Assembly (NCBI RefSeq): GCF_001194135.2
Contig: NC_068987.1
Span: forward strand, 45,136,636-45,170,974
Reading direction: 5' to 3'
Source of the DNA: Octopus bimaculoides
Lineage: Eukaryota
Length of the DNA: 34,339 nucleotides
The notes under the pieces are model-generated. The model was not told the origin of the DNA. It made no database searches and was given only the letters and a program-made list of their open reading frames with translations. A program made the translations under genes and the position numbers. Of this stretch, positions 10,753-22,927 are shown in pieces. Within the stretch, counting starts at the first letter, position 1. Each line of letters begins with the position of its first letter.

Positions 10753-10760
<8 letters not shown>
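10548..10760 (-). mobile_element. SINE 3' half (family of 6054-6468)
   Basis: tacttgtttcagtcatttgactgcagccatgttggagcacc...aaaccgctaggttacggggacgtaaacaccaac; runs into (TA)n and a gap. Confidence 0.85.
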
Positions 10761-10807
<47 letters not shown>

Positions 10808-10967
10808 NNNNNNNNNNNNNNNNNNNNNNNNNNNNNNNNNNNNNNNNNNNNNNNNNNNNNNNNNNNNNNNNNNNNNNNNNNNNNNNNNNNNNNNNNNNNN
10901 NNNNNNNNNNNNNNNNNNNNNNNNNNNNNNNNNNNNNNNNNNNNNNNNNNNNNNNNNNNNNNNNNNA

Positions 10968-11382
10968 GAAAAGTTAAATTTAAATAGAGTTTTCTTTTGA
11001 AAGAAGAATAATATTTGGAGTCAAAGTCGATTTCAGGTGTTAATCTCCTTTTTTTTGGTTGCTTTTTGCCTCTACTTTTTTCTACTAGATATTTTTGCAT
11101 ACATTTAACACAGATAGATTCCTGTCATATAACTAAAATAAAATAGAGATTTATTTTTTTAAAAATATTTGGACTGAAAGTCGATTTCAGGCATTAACCT
11201 CCCATTTTTGACCTCACATATTTGACTCAAACTTTTTTCTACTGAACCAATTTTCAAATTTTTTAACTCAAAATGTTGCTCAATATGTGACCAATCTAAA
11301 AATGTAAACATCATCTAATTTGGTTAAAAACTGAGTTAGTGACAAAGCCTAGAAGTGGTTGTGAGTTAATGTTGACCTTACT
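10968..11382. mobile_element. Unclassified repeat, copy 2, with internal ~155-170 bp subrepeats
   Basis: aaagtcgatttcagg recurs near 11022 and 11178; same terminal block as copy 1. Confidence 0.75.
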
Positions 11383-11419
11383 GTGTGTGAGTAATATTTT
11401 TTGAAAAGTTAAGCACCAT

Positions 11420-12700
11420 GACCAGGGGTTGTAAAAAATTAATTGATGAAAAATTAATTGCAATATATTGGTCCAATTAATTGACTGGAGTCGTACTGCT
11501 AATTAAATAATTGATTGTTATCATATCAATTAATTGCAGTTAATTGCAACATTGTCAGTGAAAGCTTTTCAAATGGCTCATACTTCATTTGATGTTCAAT
11601 TGGCAAATACAGCATTCTATTATTATTTGAGGTATTGTGTTGATGCTTTGTTCTGACTGCTGAGAATGATTCACACATTCTGTCGTGCTTAGGAATTGAC
11701 TATTGTGTATGTTGTCAAGTGTTGATGCTTGTGTACCGTTTTGCTAACATTTTCACCAATGGTAAGTGAAACATCATTCACTGCTTCTGATTATGTCGAA
11801 TTTATAGAGTATGTGTTAAGTGTCTATAATAAAAATTTGGAAAATACCGTAGCTATAACCAGAGATAATACTGAAGTGAACAAATCTATAGTGAATCTGT
11901 GTAGAATACCATTGATTGGATGTGCCTGTCATAAATTCAATCTAACTGTTTCTGCTCATCTCGACAAGCAGGAAGTTCTGCTTGATAAAATTAATATGTT
12001 GAAGGGCAAGCTAAAATCATTAAAACTTGTGGGTAAACTTCAGGAAAAAATGTCTTTGCAACCTATACAATGAAATAAAACTTGATCGATGATCCAGTAC
12101 TTATGAAATGATTGAGAGGTATATCCAACTCAAACGGTTTTTAGACTCTTTTCAAGGCGATCTAAAGCTGGTTGATTATCTGTTGACTCCATGAGATCAT
12201 AATGATCTGCAGACTCTAAAAGACAATAAAGGAAAGTTACGCTCAGTAACGGTTGCCTTGCAAAGAACAGAAATAGATTTGGGAGTTGCTTGAATTCTTT
12301 TTGATGAAATTCTCGCATTGTATCTTTACGAGGAGTTTAAAAAATAGTTGCTTCTATCGGCAGCCTTTCTGCACAGCTAAAATTTTGAAAGTGGAGTTGT
12401 GAAAATTTTACAACATGCAGAAGCAGAGCTAACTACGGATGAAGTGGCTGGTCTACATCTGCTGAAAATGGTGACAGACACATTGCAACAGTCTGATTTA
12501 CCTGTAGATGATAATTTCGCTTAAATTTGCATGAAAAAACACAAAAAAGATAAAATTTCACCTCAGCAGTATCTGAACTTTAGAATTTTGTTACCAATAT
12601 CCAACATCTTGGAACATTTCTTCAGCTCAGCAGGTTTTAATGATTTTTGGCAATGATTTTTTATGATTTTTAATGATTTTCAGCAATACTTAACACCAAT
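11420..12700 (+). pseudogene. Second decayed hAT transposase (Ac/ZBED-like group, unrelated to the first)
   Basis: AITRDNTEVNKSI...IPLIGCACHKFNLTV (catalytic D region plus CxxH); degenerate TRWSST region (SSTYEMIERY); C-terminal LPISNILEHFFSSAG. 5' end caggggttg is followed by repeated aattaattg subterminal motifs. The 3' end runs into a gap. Confidence 0.8.
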
Positions 12701-13060
12701 NNNNNNNNNNNNNNNNNNNNNNNNNNNNNNNNNNNNNNNNNNNNNNNNNNNNNNNNNNNNNNNNNNNNNNNNNNNNNNNNNNNNNNNNNNNNNNNNNNNN
12801 NNNNNNNNNNNNNNNNNNNNNNNNNNNNNNNNNNNNNNNNNNNNNNNNNNNNNNNNNNNNNNNNNNNNNNNNNNNNNNNNNNNNNNNNNNNNNNNNNNNN
12901 NNNNNNNNNNNNNNNNNNNNNNNNNNNNNNNNNNNNNNNNNNNNNNNNNNNNNNNNNNNNNNNNNNNNNNNNNNNNNNNNNNNNNNNNNNNNNNNNNNNN
13001 NNNNNNNNNNNNNNNNNNNNNNNNNNNNNNNNNNNNNNNNNNNNNNNNNNNNNNNNNNNN

Positions 13061-13613
13061 GGTTTTGAATTTGATTTTAGGCGTTACTATTTTTTCGGCA
13101 TATTTGGCCCCAGTAATTTTCTACTTAAAATTTTCCTTATATATATAATTGGCATCATCGGATTCCTATAGTGGAGATCTATCAGAAAATTTGAATTTAA
13201 ACATCGTTTTGTTTTGAAATAAGAATAATATCTGGAGTCAAAGTAGATTTCAGGTGTTATCCTCCTTTTTTTTCTGCCAGTCTTTACCTCACTACTTTTT
13301 CTACTGAATATTTTTGCATATAAGTAACATAGATAGATTCCTTTCACCGAGATCTATAATATAAGCTAAAATAAAATATAGATTTCTTAAAAAAATCATT
13401 TGAACTCAAAGTCGATTTCAGGTGTTACTCTCTCGTTTTTGACCTCATATTTTACTGAAACTTTTTTCTACTGAAACAATTTTGAAATTTTGTAGCTAAA
13501 AATGTAGCTTAGGGTGTAACCACTCTAAAAATATAAACATCATCTAATTTGGTTAAAAACTGAGTTAGTGACAAAGCCTAGAGGTGGTCACATGTGAGTA
13601 AATGTTGACCTTA
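13061..13613. mobile_element. Unclassified repeat, copy 3, three ~170-bp degenerate subunits
   Basis: Subunits start near 13061, 13234 and 13402; ends in aatgttgaccttaa. Confidence 0.75.
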
Positions 13614-14569
13614 AATGATTTAACAACTGTCAATGACTGAAAAACTTTTTAAGAAAATAATAGCTAAATTGTCCAGAATATATGTGTGTGCGGGGGGGGG
13701 GAGGAGGCGTGAAAATGATATTACCAGTAGAAAGTTACACACCATAACTATAGCTTTAGTTAAAAAAAGATAATACACACACAAACACACATATCTGAGA
13801 AACAAGCAAATCTAGGTGCATGCACGTACACACACAATCACACACACATATACATGCATATACTCTCATTCATACAGACATACATATATACACAGTGGCA
13901 GTCCAAATCCAAACAAGTTGTTGTCATCCAGAAATCTGAGATGTGTCATTTCTTATTGTTTCATTGGTCAAAACTTACCTGGAATCTAAATGATAAAGGA
14001 AATGAAAATGAGGCAACAGAAATAATTCAGAGTAGCCATGGTATGTACAGGGTATCTCAGAATTAACTATCTATTTTAGTAAAATCAGATAAATTTTAAA
14101 AACTCACTTTTACTTATATTTATCATGTTTAATATGTCTTAAAAGTGTATAAATTTTAAATCTTGTTTATGATTTTATATTTTTTTTCGAATTATTTTTT
14201 TTTAATAATTTTATTTTCGTTCCTGTTGGGTCCCTTTTATTTGTCCATGGTAGATTTTTTTCAATTTAGCTGCGATCATTTTCTTTACCTCCATCCCCCA
14301 GGATGAAGTAATCGTTTAGCTGAACTTAAATTTAACACATTTAGCAAACAGTGCAGGAAATGACTCTTGAAATGCTTCAAAATGTATTTTGTAACACTGA
14401 GGATAGGTTTGAAATTTGCAGGGATACAGACATATTGGAAATTTTCAGTAAAGTTTTGACGTAAGATTTATAAATTTATTTGCTTTGGTATCACAACTAA
14501 GTAATAAACATAAAATTCTGTCAGTTTTTAAAAATTTGCCCCACCCACCTGAATCTCCCTGAGAACTAC

Positions 14570-14692
14570 ATTTAGGGTACATGAATCTGTGGAGTGCTCA
14601 GCCACTTGCATGTTAATTTCACGAGCAGGCTGTTCCGTTGATCGGATCAACTGGAACCCTTGTCATCGTAACTGACAGAGTGCCACAGACAG
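14570..14692. mobile_element. Probable SINE/retroposon 3' fragment
   Basis: GC-richer block (ggagtgctcagccacttgcatgttaatttcacgagcaggctgttccgttgatcggatcaactggaaccc) ending at a (TA)n run; recalled as a cephalopod repeat but unverified. Confidence 0.45.
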
Positions 14693-14695
14693 ACA

Positions 14696-14737
<42 letters not shown>

Positions 14738-14838
14738 NNNNNNNNNNNNNNNNNNNNNNNNNNNNNNNNNNNNNNNNNNNNNNNNNNNNNNNNNNNNNNN
14801 NNNNNNNNNNNNNNNNNNNNNNNNNNNNNNNNNNNNNN

Positions 14839-14884
<46 letters not shown>

Positions 14885-15199
14885 TGTGTGTGTGTGTATG
14901 TGAGTGTGTGTGTATGTATGGGGATGCCCAGAGATGTAGTGGTATATCTGTGTGTGACTGATTGTATAAGTATGAGCGTATGTGTGAGTGTATTTACGAA
15001 ATAATAAAAGTTAGCATGTGCAACCTAACCTGTGAAACTAAGTAAAGAGACAACGTACACAATACCATTCATGTCGAGTGTGTGTAGTCACGCTCACACT
15101 GAGTGGATTGAAACTGTCAGCGTCTGCTAGATTCAAAGGAGCCAGTTGGATGTGATAGCATTGAAATCAAACATTTATTTACAGAAATAAGTATTATAT

Positions 15200-15308
15200 A
15201 TCATCTGAGGAGATACAACTAGGTCCTATTATACAGGTAAACCATTACTTAATTTAAATTTAAATCCTGTATATATGTAGATCTATATATTGAAACATGT
15301 GTAGTAGT
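15200..15308 (+). ncRNA. Hammerhead-like motif with intact core, long stem II and weak stem I
   Basis: CTGAGGA (15205-15211); nested stem II pairings taggtc/gatcta and tatacagg/cctgtata; GAAA-CATGTG-TA (15292-15303). Stem I has only wobble-rich partial pairing. Confidence 0.5.
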
Positions 15309-15780
15309 CATTAAACAGCTGTCGAATTGTACTCCCTCTTCCTTTTGATTCTATTTGTTCTTTCCTTTTTATTTTTCAGACTTGAGGAATGCCTAAGCCT
15401 AGAATTGGTAGTATACCATAATACTGTTGGCTATCTGGTAATTCTAAGGGTGAACAAGCTTTATTTTGTACACTAATACGTTCTTAACGGATATATATAT
15501 ATAGTGTAAACAGAGTTAGTGGTTATAATAACCAACTAAGGGATAAAATATCCGTATGTACTATCGGTATTAGTTACCCGTGTTATACCCGGGCATTGGT
15601 GTGCAGGAACACTATGCGTGTAGAGTGCAGGTAACAATAGGATAAGCAAGAATTCATCACGAAACAAATACAAATAATCAGAAAATGGAGAAAACCTCAG
15701 ATTAACAAACACATCGATTAGATCACATTTATAGCTTATTTTTTCATACAAAGCATGACATAACAAACAGGCGACGTAAC

Positions 15781-15895
15781 AAATCTTACAGCCGTTTCCG
15801 ATCCGTTGCTAAAACGCTGTCTATAAGTAAATGCGAGAATAAATTTCTTCATCTTCATAGAACATTTGAATTAAAACTCGGAGCTTTATCAGAAT
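15781..15895 (-). ncRNA. Degenerate hammerhead motif (G8 to A)
   Basis: Minus strand CTGATAA-a-gctccg...cggatc-g-GAAA-CGGCTG-TA-agattt. Stem II base 5 of 6 paired; stem I poor. Confidence 0.45.
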
Positions 15896-16935
15896 AAAAA
15901 AACAAGAGCATATAATATAAACAAAGAGAAGAAGGAAAAGGAAAGAAAACATGGCCTAGAAAAGAAATCTAGAAGCCCAATATATTAAAAGCATATAATC
16001 TACCATCTCGAGGCTATGAAGTCCGTAGGTAAAAGAGTGAGCTAGTAATGGTCTAGAGAATACTATAATTTATTAATGGGTAGTTTCAGTTTGGTGGGGG
16101 GTGGGGACAAGATGTATAAAAATTTTAAGGAAAGAAGTTATCAAGAAAACTAACTTCAGCAGCTTAACGTTATAACGTATGAGGGAACAGTCAAAAGGGT
16201 AATAGCCTTGGGCTGAGGTTAAGGGGAGACAACTAGTACAGGTAATTCAGCAATTCAATTAAGGCTACTAGGAAAAGAAATTGGACTTAACCTCATATAT
16301 AGCGAATTGTGGTAATAATTAGATATATACATGTATAGGTATCCATCTTATAGGTACACTACAATGCACAAATAAAAAGTCACTTACAATTAGGCGGTTA
16401 ATATTTAAGACCAAATCACATGTTAATTATTATCAAATAATGAAATATACTAAATATGCTTAATAAGCATTACATAGTCATTAAAGTTATATAGTTCCTA
16501 TCATTGTAAAAAAAGAGAATATTGACACTATATGGCTACAGTTGATACCAGGTCTACTGGCAAGTTAGTACTATGAATAAAGTTTCCTTAATTCAAACAA
16601 TTTACTAAACATACTTAAAAAGCAATAACAAATACCCTAAGATAAGAATGAAATACTAATTAAATCTTATCATTAAAGGTTATAAACAAAAGTATATTAA
16701 CTCAAAGTAGGTGCAAAAAATACTATTACAATCAACAGGCTGTGCTTATATTACATTACCCTCAAATTAGATTATTCCTATCAAAAAATCTAATAATTTA
16801 AAAATTATAGTCAAGTAATATATTAATTCTAAGTGGGTGCTGCCATATAATTTCAATTAATGGGCAACGCTTACAGTTCTACATAGTACAACAAATTTAT
16901 ACAAATTTGTATAAATACAGTTAATAAAGGAGTTT

Positions 16936-18838
16936 GGGTTGGATGATTTGACTGAGGACTGGTGAACCAGATGGCTACACCAGGCTCCAATCTGATTTGG
17001 CAGAGTTTCTACAGCTGGATGCCCTTCCTAACGCCAATCACTCTGAGAGTGTAGTGGGTGCTTTTANNNNNNNNNNNNNNNNNNNNNNNNNNNNNNNNNN
17101 NNNNNNNNNNNNNNNNNNNNNNNNNNNNNNNNNNNNNNNNNNNNNNNNNNNNNNNNNNNNNNNNNNNNNNNNNNNNNNNNNNNNNNNNNNNNNNNNNNNN
17201 NNNNNNNNNNNNNNNNNNNNNNNNNNNNNNNNNNNNNNNNNNNNNNNNNNNNNNNNNNNNNNNNNNNNNNNNNNNNNNNNNNNNNNNNNNNNNNNNNNNN
17301 NNNNNNNNNNNNNNNNNNNNNNNNNNNNNNNNNNNNNNNNNNNNNNNNNNNNNNNNNNNNNNNNNNNNNNNNNNNNNNNNNNNNNNNNNNNNNNNNNNNN
17401 NNNNNNNNNNNNNNNNNNNNNNNNNNNNNNNNNNNNNNNNNNNNNNNNNNNNNNNNNNNNNNNNNNNNNNNNNNNNNNNNNNNNNNNNNNNNNNNNNNNN
17501 NNNNNNNNNNNNNNNNNNNNNNNNNNNNNNNNNNNNNNNNNNNNNNNNNNNNNNNNNNNNNNNNNNNNNNNNNNNNNNNNNNNNNNNNNNNNNNNNNNNN
17601 NNNNNNNNNNNNNNNNNNNNNNNNNNNNNNNNNNNNNNNNNNNNNNNNNNNNNNNNNNNNNNNNNNNNNNNNNNNNNNNNNNNNNNNNNNNNNNNNNNNN
17701 NNNNNNNNNNNNNNNNNNNNNNNNNNNNNNNNNNNNNNNNNNNNNNNNNNNNNNNNNNNNNNNNNNNNNNNNNNNNNNNNNNNNNNNNNNNNNNNNNNNN
17801 NNNNNNNNNNNNNNNNNNNNNNNNNNNNNNNNNNNNNNNNNNNNNNNNNNNNNNNNNNNNNNNNNNNNNNNNNNNNNNNNNNNNNNNNNNNNNNNNNNNN
17901 NNNNNNNNNNNNNNNNNNNNNNNNNNNNNNNNNNNNNNNNNNNNNNNNNNNNNNNNNNNNNNNNNNNNNNNNNNNNNNNNNNNNNNNNNNNNNNNNNNNN
18001 NNNNNNNNNNNNNNNNNNNNNNNNNNNNNNNNNNNNNNNNNNNNNAGCTGATGCTTCTTAGGTTCAACTTTTCTCTCAAGGTACTTACACTCTATCGAGT
18101 ATGCACACTGACATTACACATCCATCGGAGAGTACTGGCTTCATTCCTTGCAAGCTTACGCATGTCCTCAGCAGTCACGGCCCATGTTTCACTGCCATGT
18201 AGCATGGCTGTTCGTACACATGCGCCATACAGTCTGCCTTTTGTCACCAGCAGAGGTAAGAGCTCTCTGAACTTTGCCCTGGCTATTCTTATTCTAGCAG
18301 CTACACTTTCAGCACACCCTCCTCCGCTACTGACTTGGTCACCTAGGTGATGGAAGCTATCAACTACGTCTAGCCTTTCTCTCTGGAATGTGGCAGAAGT
18401 TGTTTTCTGCACATTTTCAGTGTTTATTGCTCCTGAACATCTGCCACATACAAAAACTAACTTCCTAGTTAACCTTCCTTTGATATTGCTGCACCTCTTA
18501 TGTGTCCATAGCTTACACTGGGTACATCTTATAGAGTTTCTACCTACGCCTTTTCTACAGATCGAGCAGGGCCATCTACCTGAAGGGGAATGTGTTTTGT
18601 CTACGTTCCTACTTATTAGGACTTTGGTTTTAGCTAGGTTGACTCTAAGGCCCTTCGGTTCTAGTCTTTGCTTCCACAACTGAAACTTCTCCTCTAGTTC
18701 GGATAGAGACTCAGCAATTAGTGCAAGGTCATCAGCATTGAGGATCTCCCAGGGGCATCCTGTCTTGAATTCCTCTGTTATCGCCTGGAGGACTATGATA
18801 AATAGGAGGGGGATGAGGACTGAACCTTGGTAAACCTT
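16936..18838 (-). mobile_element. RTE-clade LINE fragment (end of RT, PHD finger, thumb; 3' UTR across a gap; tail missing)
   Basis: QGSVL..LLFIIVLQAI...GCPWEILNADDLA; WKQRLEPKGLRVNLAKTK; C4HC3 finger; MLHGSETWAVT. 3' UTR block at 16936-17066; N-gap 17067-18045. Confidence 0.9.
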
Positions 18839-19949
18839 ATTAGATGTGTAGTGAACACTTGAGGGAAATTCCTCTCCTCTCTATTATATATACATACATA
18901 TGAACATAGTAGATAACAGCTAGCCTTTGGCCACATTTTGGACCCCGTTGTGTCCACTACTCTGATTGGTTGGTATTGGTGCAATTTGTCTCTTACTCTA
19001 TTGCGTCAATACGCAGCGTATAACCAATCGAAGCCCCTAAATAAGGTCACATATGACAGCCTATTCTCAACTCAGTTTTGAGCTTACAAATTATAAAAAC
19101 CCAGCTTCTCCTCGTCTCGATGTCTTTCAGTTCCAGACCTTTTAAGGTCTAGCCACTGACTACACAAGACACCACCAGTTCCGGCGACAACACAACAGCA
19201 GACACGTTGAGACTCACCAACTTTGTCGAACAGCATTCAGCGACCTCCATCTCCGTCGCTACCGTCATCCTAATGTCAACATCTCTCTACGTACACAACT
19301 CAACAAGCAACTTGCCCTGGTTACAACACTGCACTGTTCGTGAATTACTTCACCATGGATCAACAATGAATATGCAACCTGCAAGAACTCCTGTACCAAG
19401 TGACCCAGGCAGCAGCATCACAGCCACAACTTCATGTATGACATGCACTGCAACCGGCTCTGCATCATCACCGCAACTTCTTGATACAGTATTTCAACTA
19501 TCATGTACAATTGACTACGAACTGGTATTTATCATTCTTGTGTCTATGGACTTACTCCTCACTTCGATGGTTATAGACTCTTTCACTTCTTCATCGCCAT
19601 CCTTATATGTTCTTAACATGCATACATCTATGCCTACATACACACGCATACATCTTGTTCTTATGACAGTCTGTCTATTATTCTGTATATATGACGCACA
19701 CACAATCACACATGTTAACATATCAATAAATCTTCTCTTAAACATTCTACCTGGTTGTGTCTCTTTTCTCCCTCTGGCACATATATGCATTATTCTATTT
19801 ATATTTATTGTATCGACCATGTAATGTACTAAATAGCCATTCTCGTCACCTCCCTTCACACAGATGCTACAAATTGGTGACCCGTTCCAGCTCCTTGAAA
19901 CTACAAAAATAATTATAATGGGAGAAGATACTCCACAGGTATCATAGAC

Positions 19950-21010
19950 CTTCCATTCCATTATACATGGCTTGCTTAAGGAAAACTGTATTAGATGGCT
20001 TGCTTTCTTCTTCGACAATAAAGACATTAAACAACCTTCTAACGATCTAACTTCTGAATTCAAGAAATTGTTTAAATCTAAAAACAATCTGCCACCTAAC
20101 CCAAAATTGAAACAGTTTGAAGACAGTCTCTGGTCTATCGTGAGGAATGTGAAACTCCACCGTTCACCCTTAAGAATAAACATCTGAGGTATCTTCACAA
20201 TATCACCAAAGAAATTCATAGCATGGGTGGGATACTGGTTCAATCGGATAAAACAGGAAACTTATACAGACTTACCAAGGACTACCTAGAGTTGCTTAGA
20301 GAAGAAATACAAAAGAACTATAGGATTACTGGTAAAAGTGCAATCAGGAAAGCCAACCTTGAGGCGAAGAAAATTATGAAGAAATATAACTTACAGATGA
20401 AGACAGAACCCCTTGATCCTAAACAACCTCGTTTTATTTTAAAAGATCACAATCAAAATGTTTTTAATAACCCAACCTTACGACTTATTTGTCTGTCTAG
20501 CTCTGATATCGGCGTACTTAACAAAATATTCTAGATAAATATATTCCTACTTTAGTTGAAAAATTAAAGCTTAATTTATGGTCTAATTCATTCCAAGTGG
20601 TTGACTGGTTTAATTCTATTAATAACAAGAAGTGCACTAAGTTTATCCAGTTTGACATTTCTTGTTTCTATTCCTCTATTAACCCAATTGTACTCAACAA
20701 GGCACTCTGGTTCACACACAACAAAGCAGGTCTCACTTGGGATGAAATTAGTGTGGTATTATTGCCAGAAAATCCATCATTAAATTTTTAAAGCAAGCTG
20801 TGGGTTCATAAAAATACACCTGGTAGTTTTGATGTCACAATGGGAAGTTCTGACTCAGCACAATTGGCTGATTTGGTCAGTACATATATCTTTTATGGGA
20901 TGGCTGACCAATTCCCAAACAGCAATGGAGGTCTATATCATGACAATTGTTTACTTTACCTTCAAAATGTTTCTAACCAAAAATTACAAACAGTTAAAAC
21001 TAATAGGAGT
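19950..21010 (+). pseudogene. Penelope-like retroelement RT relic (likely Naiad/Hydra-type, YRDD class)
   Basis: CIRWLAFFF...FKSK..LPP..KLKQFEDSL; SDKTGNLY; FILKDH.QNVFNNPTLRLI; DWFNSI.NK....FIQFDISCFYSSI; FDVTMGSSDSAQLADLV; GGLYHDNCLL (decayed GLYRDDGL). Multiple frameshifts. Confidence 0.85.
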
Positions 21011-21257
21011 GGAAAATTATAAGCAAGGCTACTGCTTATAAGATTGGAAATTCTTTGTTTTCTCTGTCTTGAAGAATTGTACCAAATATTTTTACCAGGC
21101 AGCACCTCTTAAATACGAGAATTGAGACTGGTTTTTCATGTGTTCATGCTTGTAAATAGTCTCTCAAAAACTACCATTAGATATTTTATTTTCATAAATA
21201 AATCAATTATATATTAAAACTACTAGTACTTTGAATTGGTCGGTATTTCATGTTTAA

Positions 21258-22927
21258 TCTTAATATATAAAGCTGAAGTTGTGTGTCTGAGTGAAGCCTT
21301 TTTAAAAGTTTATAGAAATCCACATTTTCCACTTTTTCGTAAAATTTTTTACATCAATGGAATTATCTCAATGTGAACTTTCCAGTGTAGTAATTAGATT
21401 TTTAAAATTCCGTTTACTTTGTGTGATTTAAGGGATATTTGGCTGTTGTTTCTAGCAACTTTTATATTTCTTCCCTTCTACCTGGAATAGCGTTCTTACA
21501 CACGCGCTCAACAGAGAAAATGATACATACAACGTCATAAATTAAACTTTCTTCTCAGTATTCTTTACCTATTTTTCATAACATCGATACGTAAAAACAC
21601 ACAACCACACATACGTAATCTGTGACAACAACATACACATTGCTCCCGTTCTCTATCTCCCCTCTTCCTCTCTCGCTCTCTCAAACGCATACACGTTCGT
21701 CAATGTGGCATAACTNNNNNNNNNNNNNNNNNNNNNNNNNNNNNNNNNNNNNNNNNNNNNNNNNNNNNNNNNNNNNNNNNNNNNNNNNNNNNNNNNNNNN
21801 NNNNNNNNNNNNNNNNNNNNNNNNNNNNNNNNNNNNNNNNNNNNNNNNNNNNNNNNNNNNNNNNNNNNNNNNNNNNNNNNNNNNNNNNNNNNNNNNNNNN
21901 NNNNNNNNNNNNNNNNNNNNNNNNNNNNNNNNNNNNNNNNNNNNNNNNNNNNNNNNNNNNNNNNNNNNNNNNNNNNNNNNNNNNNNNNNNNNNNNNNNNN
22001 NNNNNNNNNNNNNNNNNNNNNNNNNNNNNNNNNNNNNNNNNNNNNNNNNNNNNNNNNNNNNNNNNNNNNNNNNNNNNNNNNNNNNNNNNNNNNNNNNNNN
22101 NNNNNNNNNNNNNNNNNNNNNNNNNNNNNNNNNNNNNNNNNNNNNNNNNNNNNNNNNNNNNNNNNNNNNNNNNNNNNNNNNNNNNNNNNNNNNNNNNNNN
22201 NNNNNNNNNNNNNNNNNNNNNNNNNNNNNNNNNNNNNNNNNNNNNNNNNNNNNNNNNNNNNNNNNNNNNNNNNNNNNNNNNNNNNNNNNNNNNNNNNNNN
22301 NNNNNNNNNNNNNNNNNNNNNNNNNNNNNNNNNNNNNNNNNNNNNNNNNNNNNNNNNNNNNNNNNNNNNNNNNNNNNNNNNNNNNNNNNNNNNNNNNNNN
22401 NNNNNNNNNNNNNNNNNNNNNNNNNNNNNNNNNNNNNNNNNNNNNNNNNNNNNNNNNNNNNNNNNNNNNNNNNNNNNNNNNNNNNNNNNNNNNNNNNNNN
22501 NNNNNNNNNNNNNNNNNNNNNNNNNNNNNNNNTGGTACATCAACACCTTCTGCCCAATCTGATAGAATTCTGGCAAAACTGTGTAGCAACAGATTGCCAG
22601 CAATTGCTTCATCACAAATTGCTGTCCTAGCTCCTGCGAAAAGGGATTACCCTGCTATGTATAATCAGGGCAGCGCAAAAAGTTGTTTTGCACAAGCATT
22701 TCTATAGCCAATTAGACAGATGAAATTTACGTACGCTTAATAATTTTACGTAAAACAGCCTTCAGACTTTCCCTATTAACTTCATCGTCTTTTGAATAAT
22801 GAACATATTTACATCATAAGGGTTTTTTCGTTGTAAGGCTTTCTTTTTTAGTTGATTTTCACCAAGCAAGACTTATCGTATATGGCGTAATAAGTCACAC
22901 CCGGACAAGGTCGGGTTATACTGCTAG
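21258..22927 (+). mobile_element. Non-autonomous Helitron-like element
   Basis: Starts with TC after A (21257 a|TCTTAATATATAAAGCTGAAG); ends with GC hairpin cccggacaaggtcggg (22900-22915) and CTAG (22924-22927) followed by T; no TSD. Interior gap 21716-22532. Confidence 0.75.

Noticed and set aside
14046-14420. TACAGGGT start suggestive of a Tc1/mariner-type MITE
   Set aside because: No matching inverted terminus found, so not reported as a feature.
15090-15123. acgct...GAAACTGTC-agcgt hammerhead look-alike
   Set aside because: Stem I pairs, but no CUGANGA follows it and stem III has a 1-nt loop.
16997-18350. Long ORFs of 354-430 aa (and similar ones at 12663, 21622-22707, 23668-24430)
   Set aside because: They are mostly translated N-gaps.
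19515-20243. 242-aa minus-strand ORF
   Set aside because: Antisense to the PLE relic and its upstream block, with no recognisable motifs; a shadow ORF.
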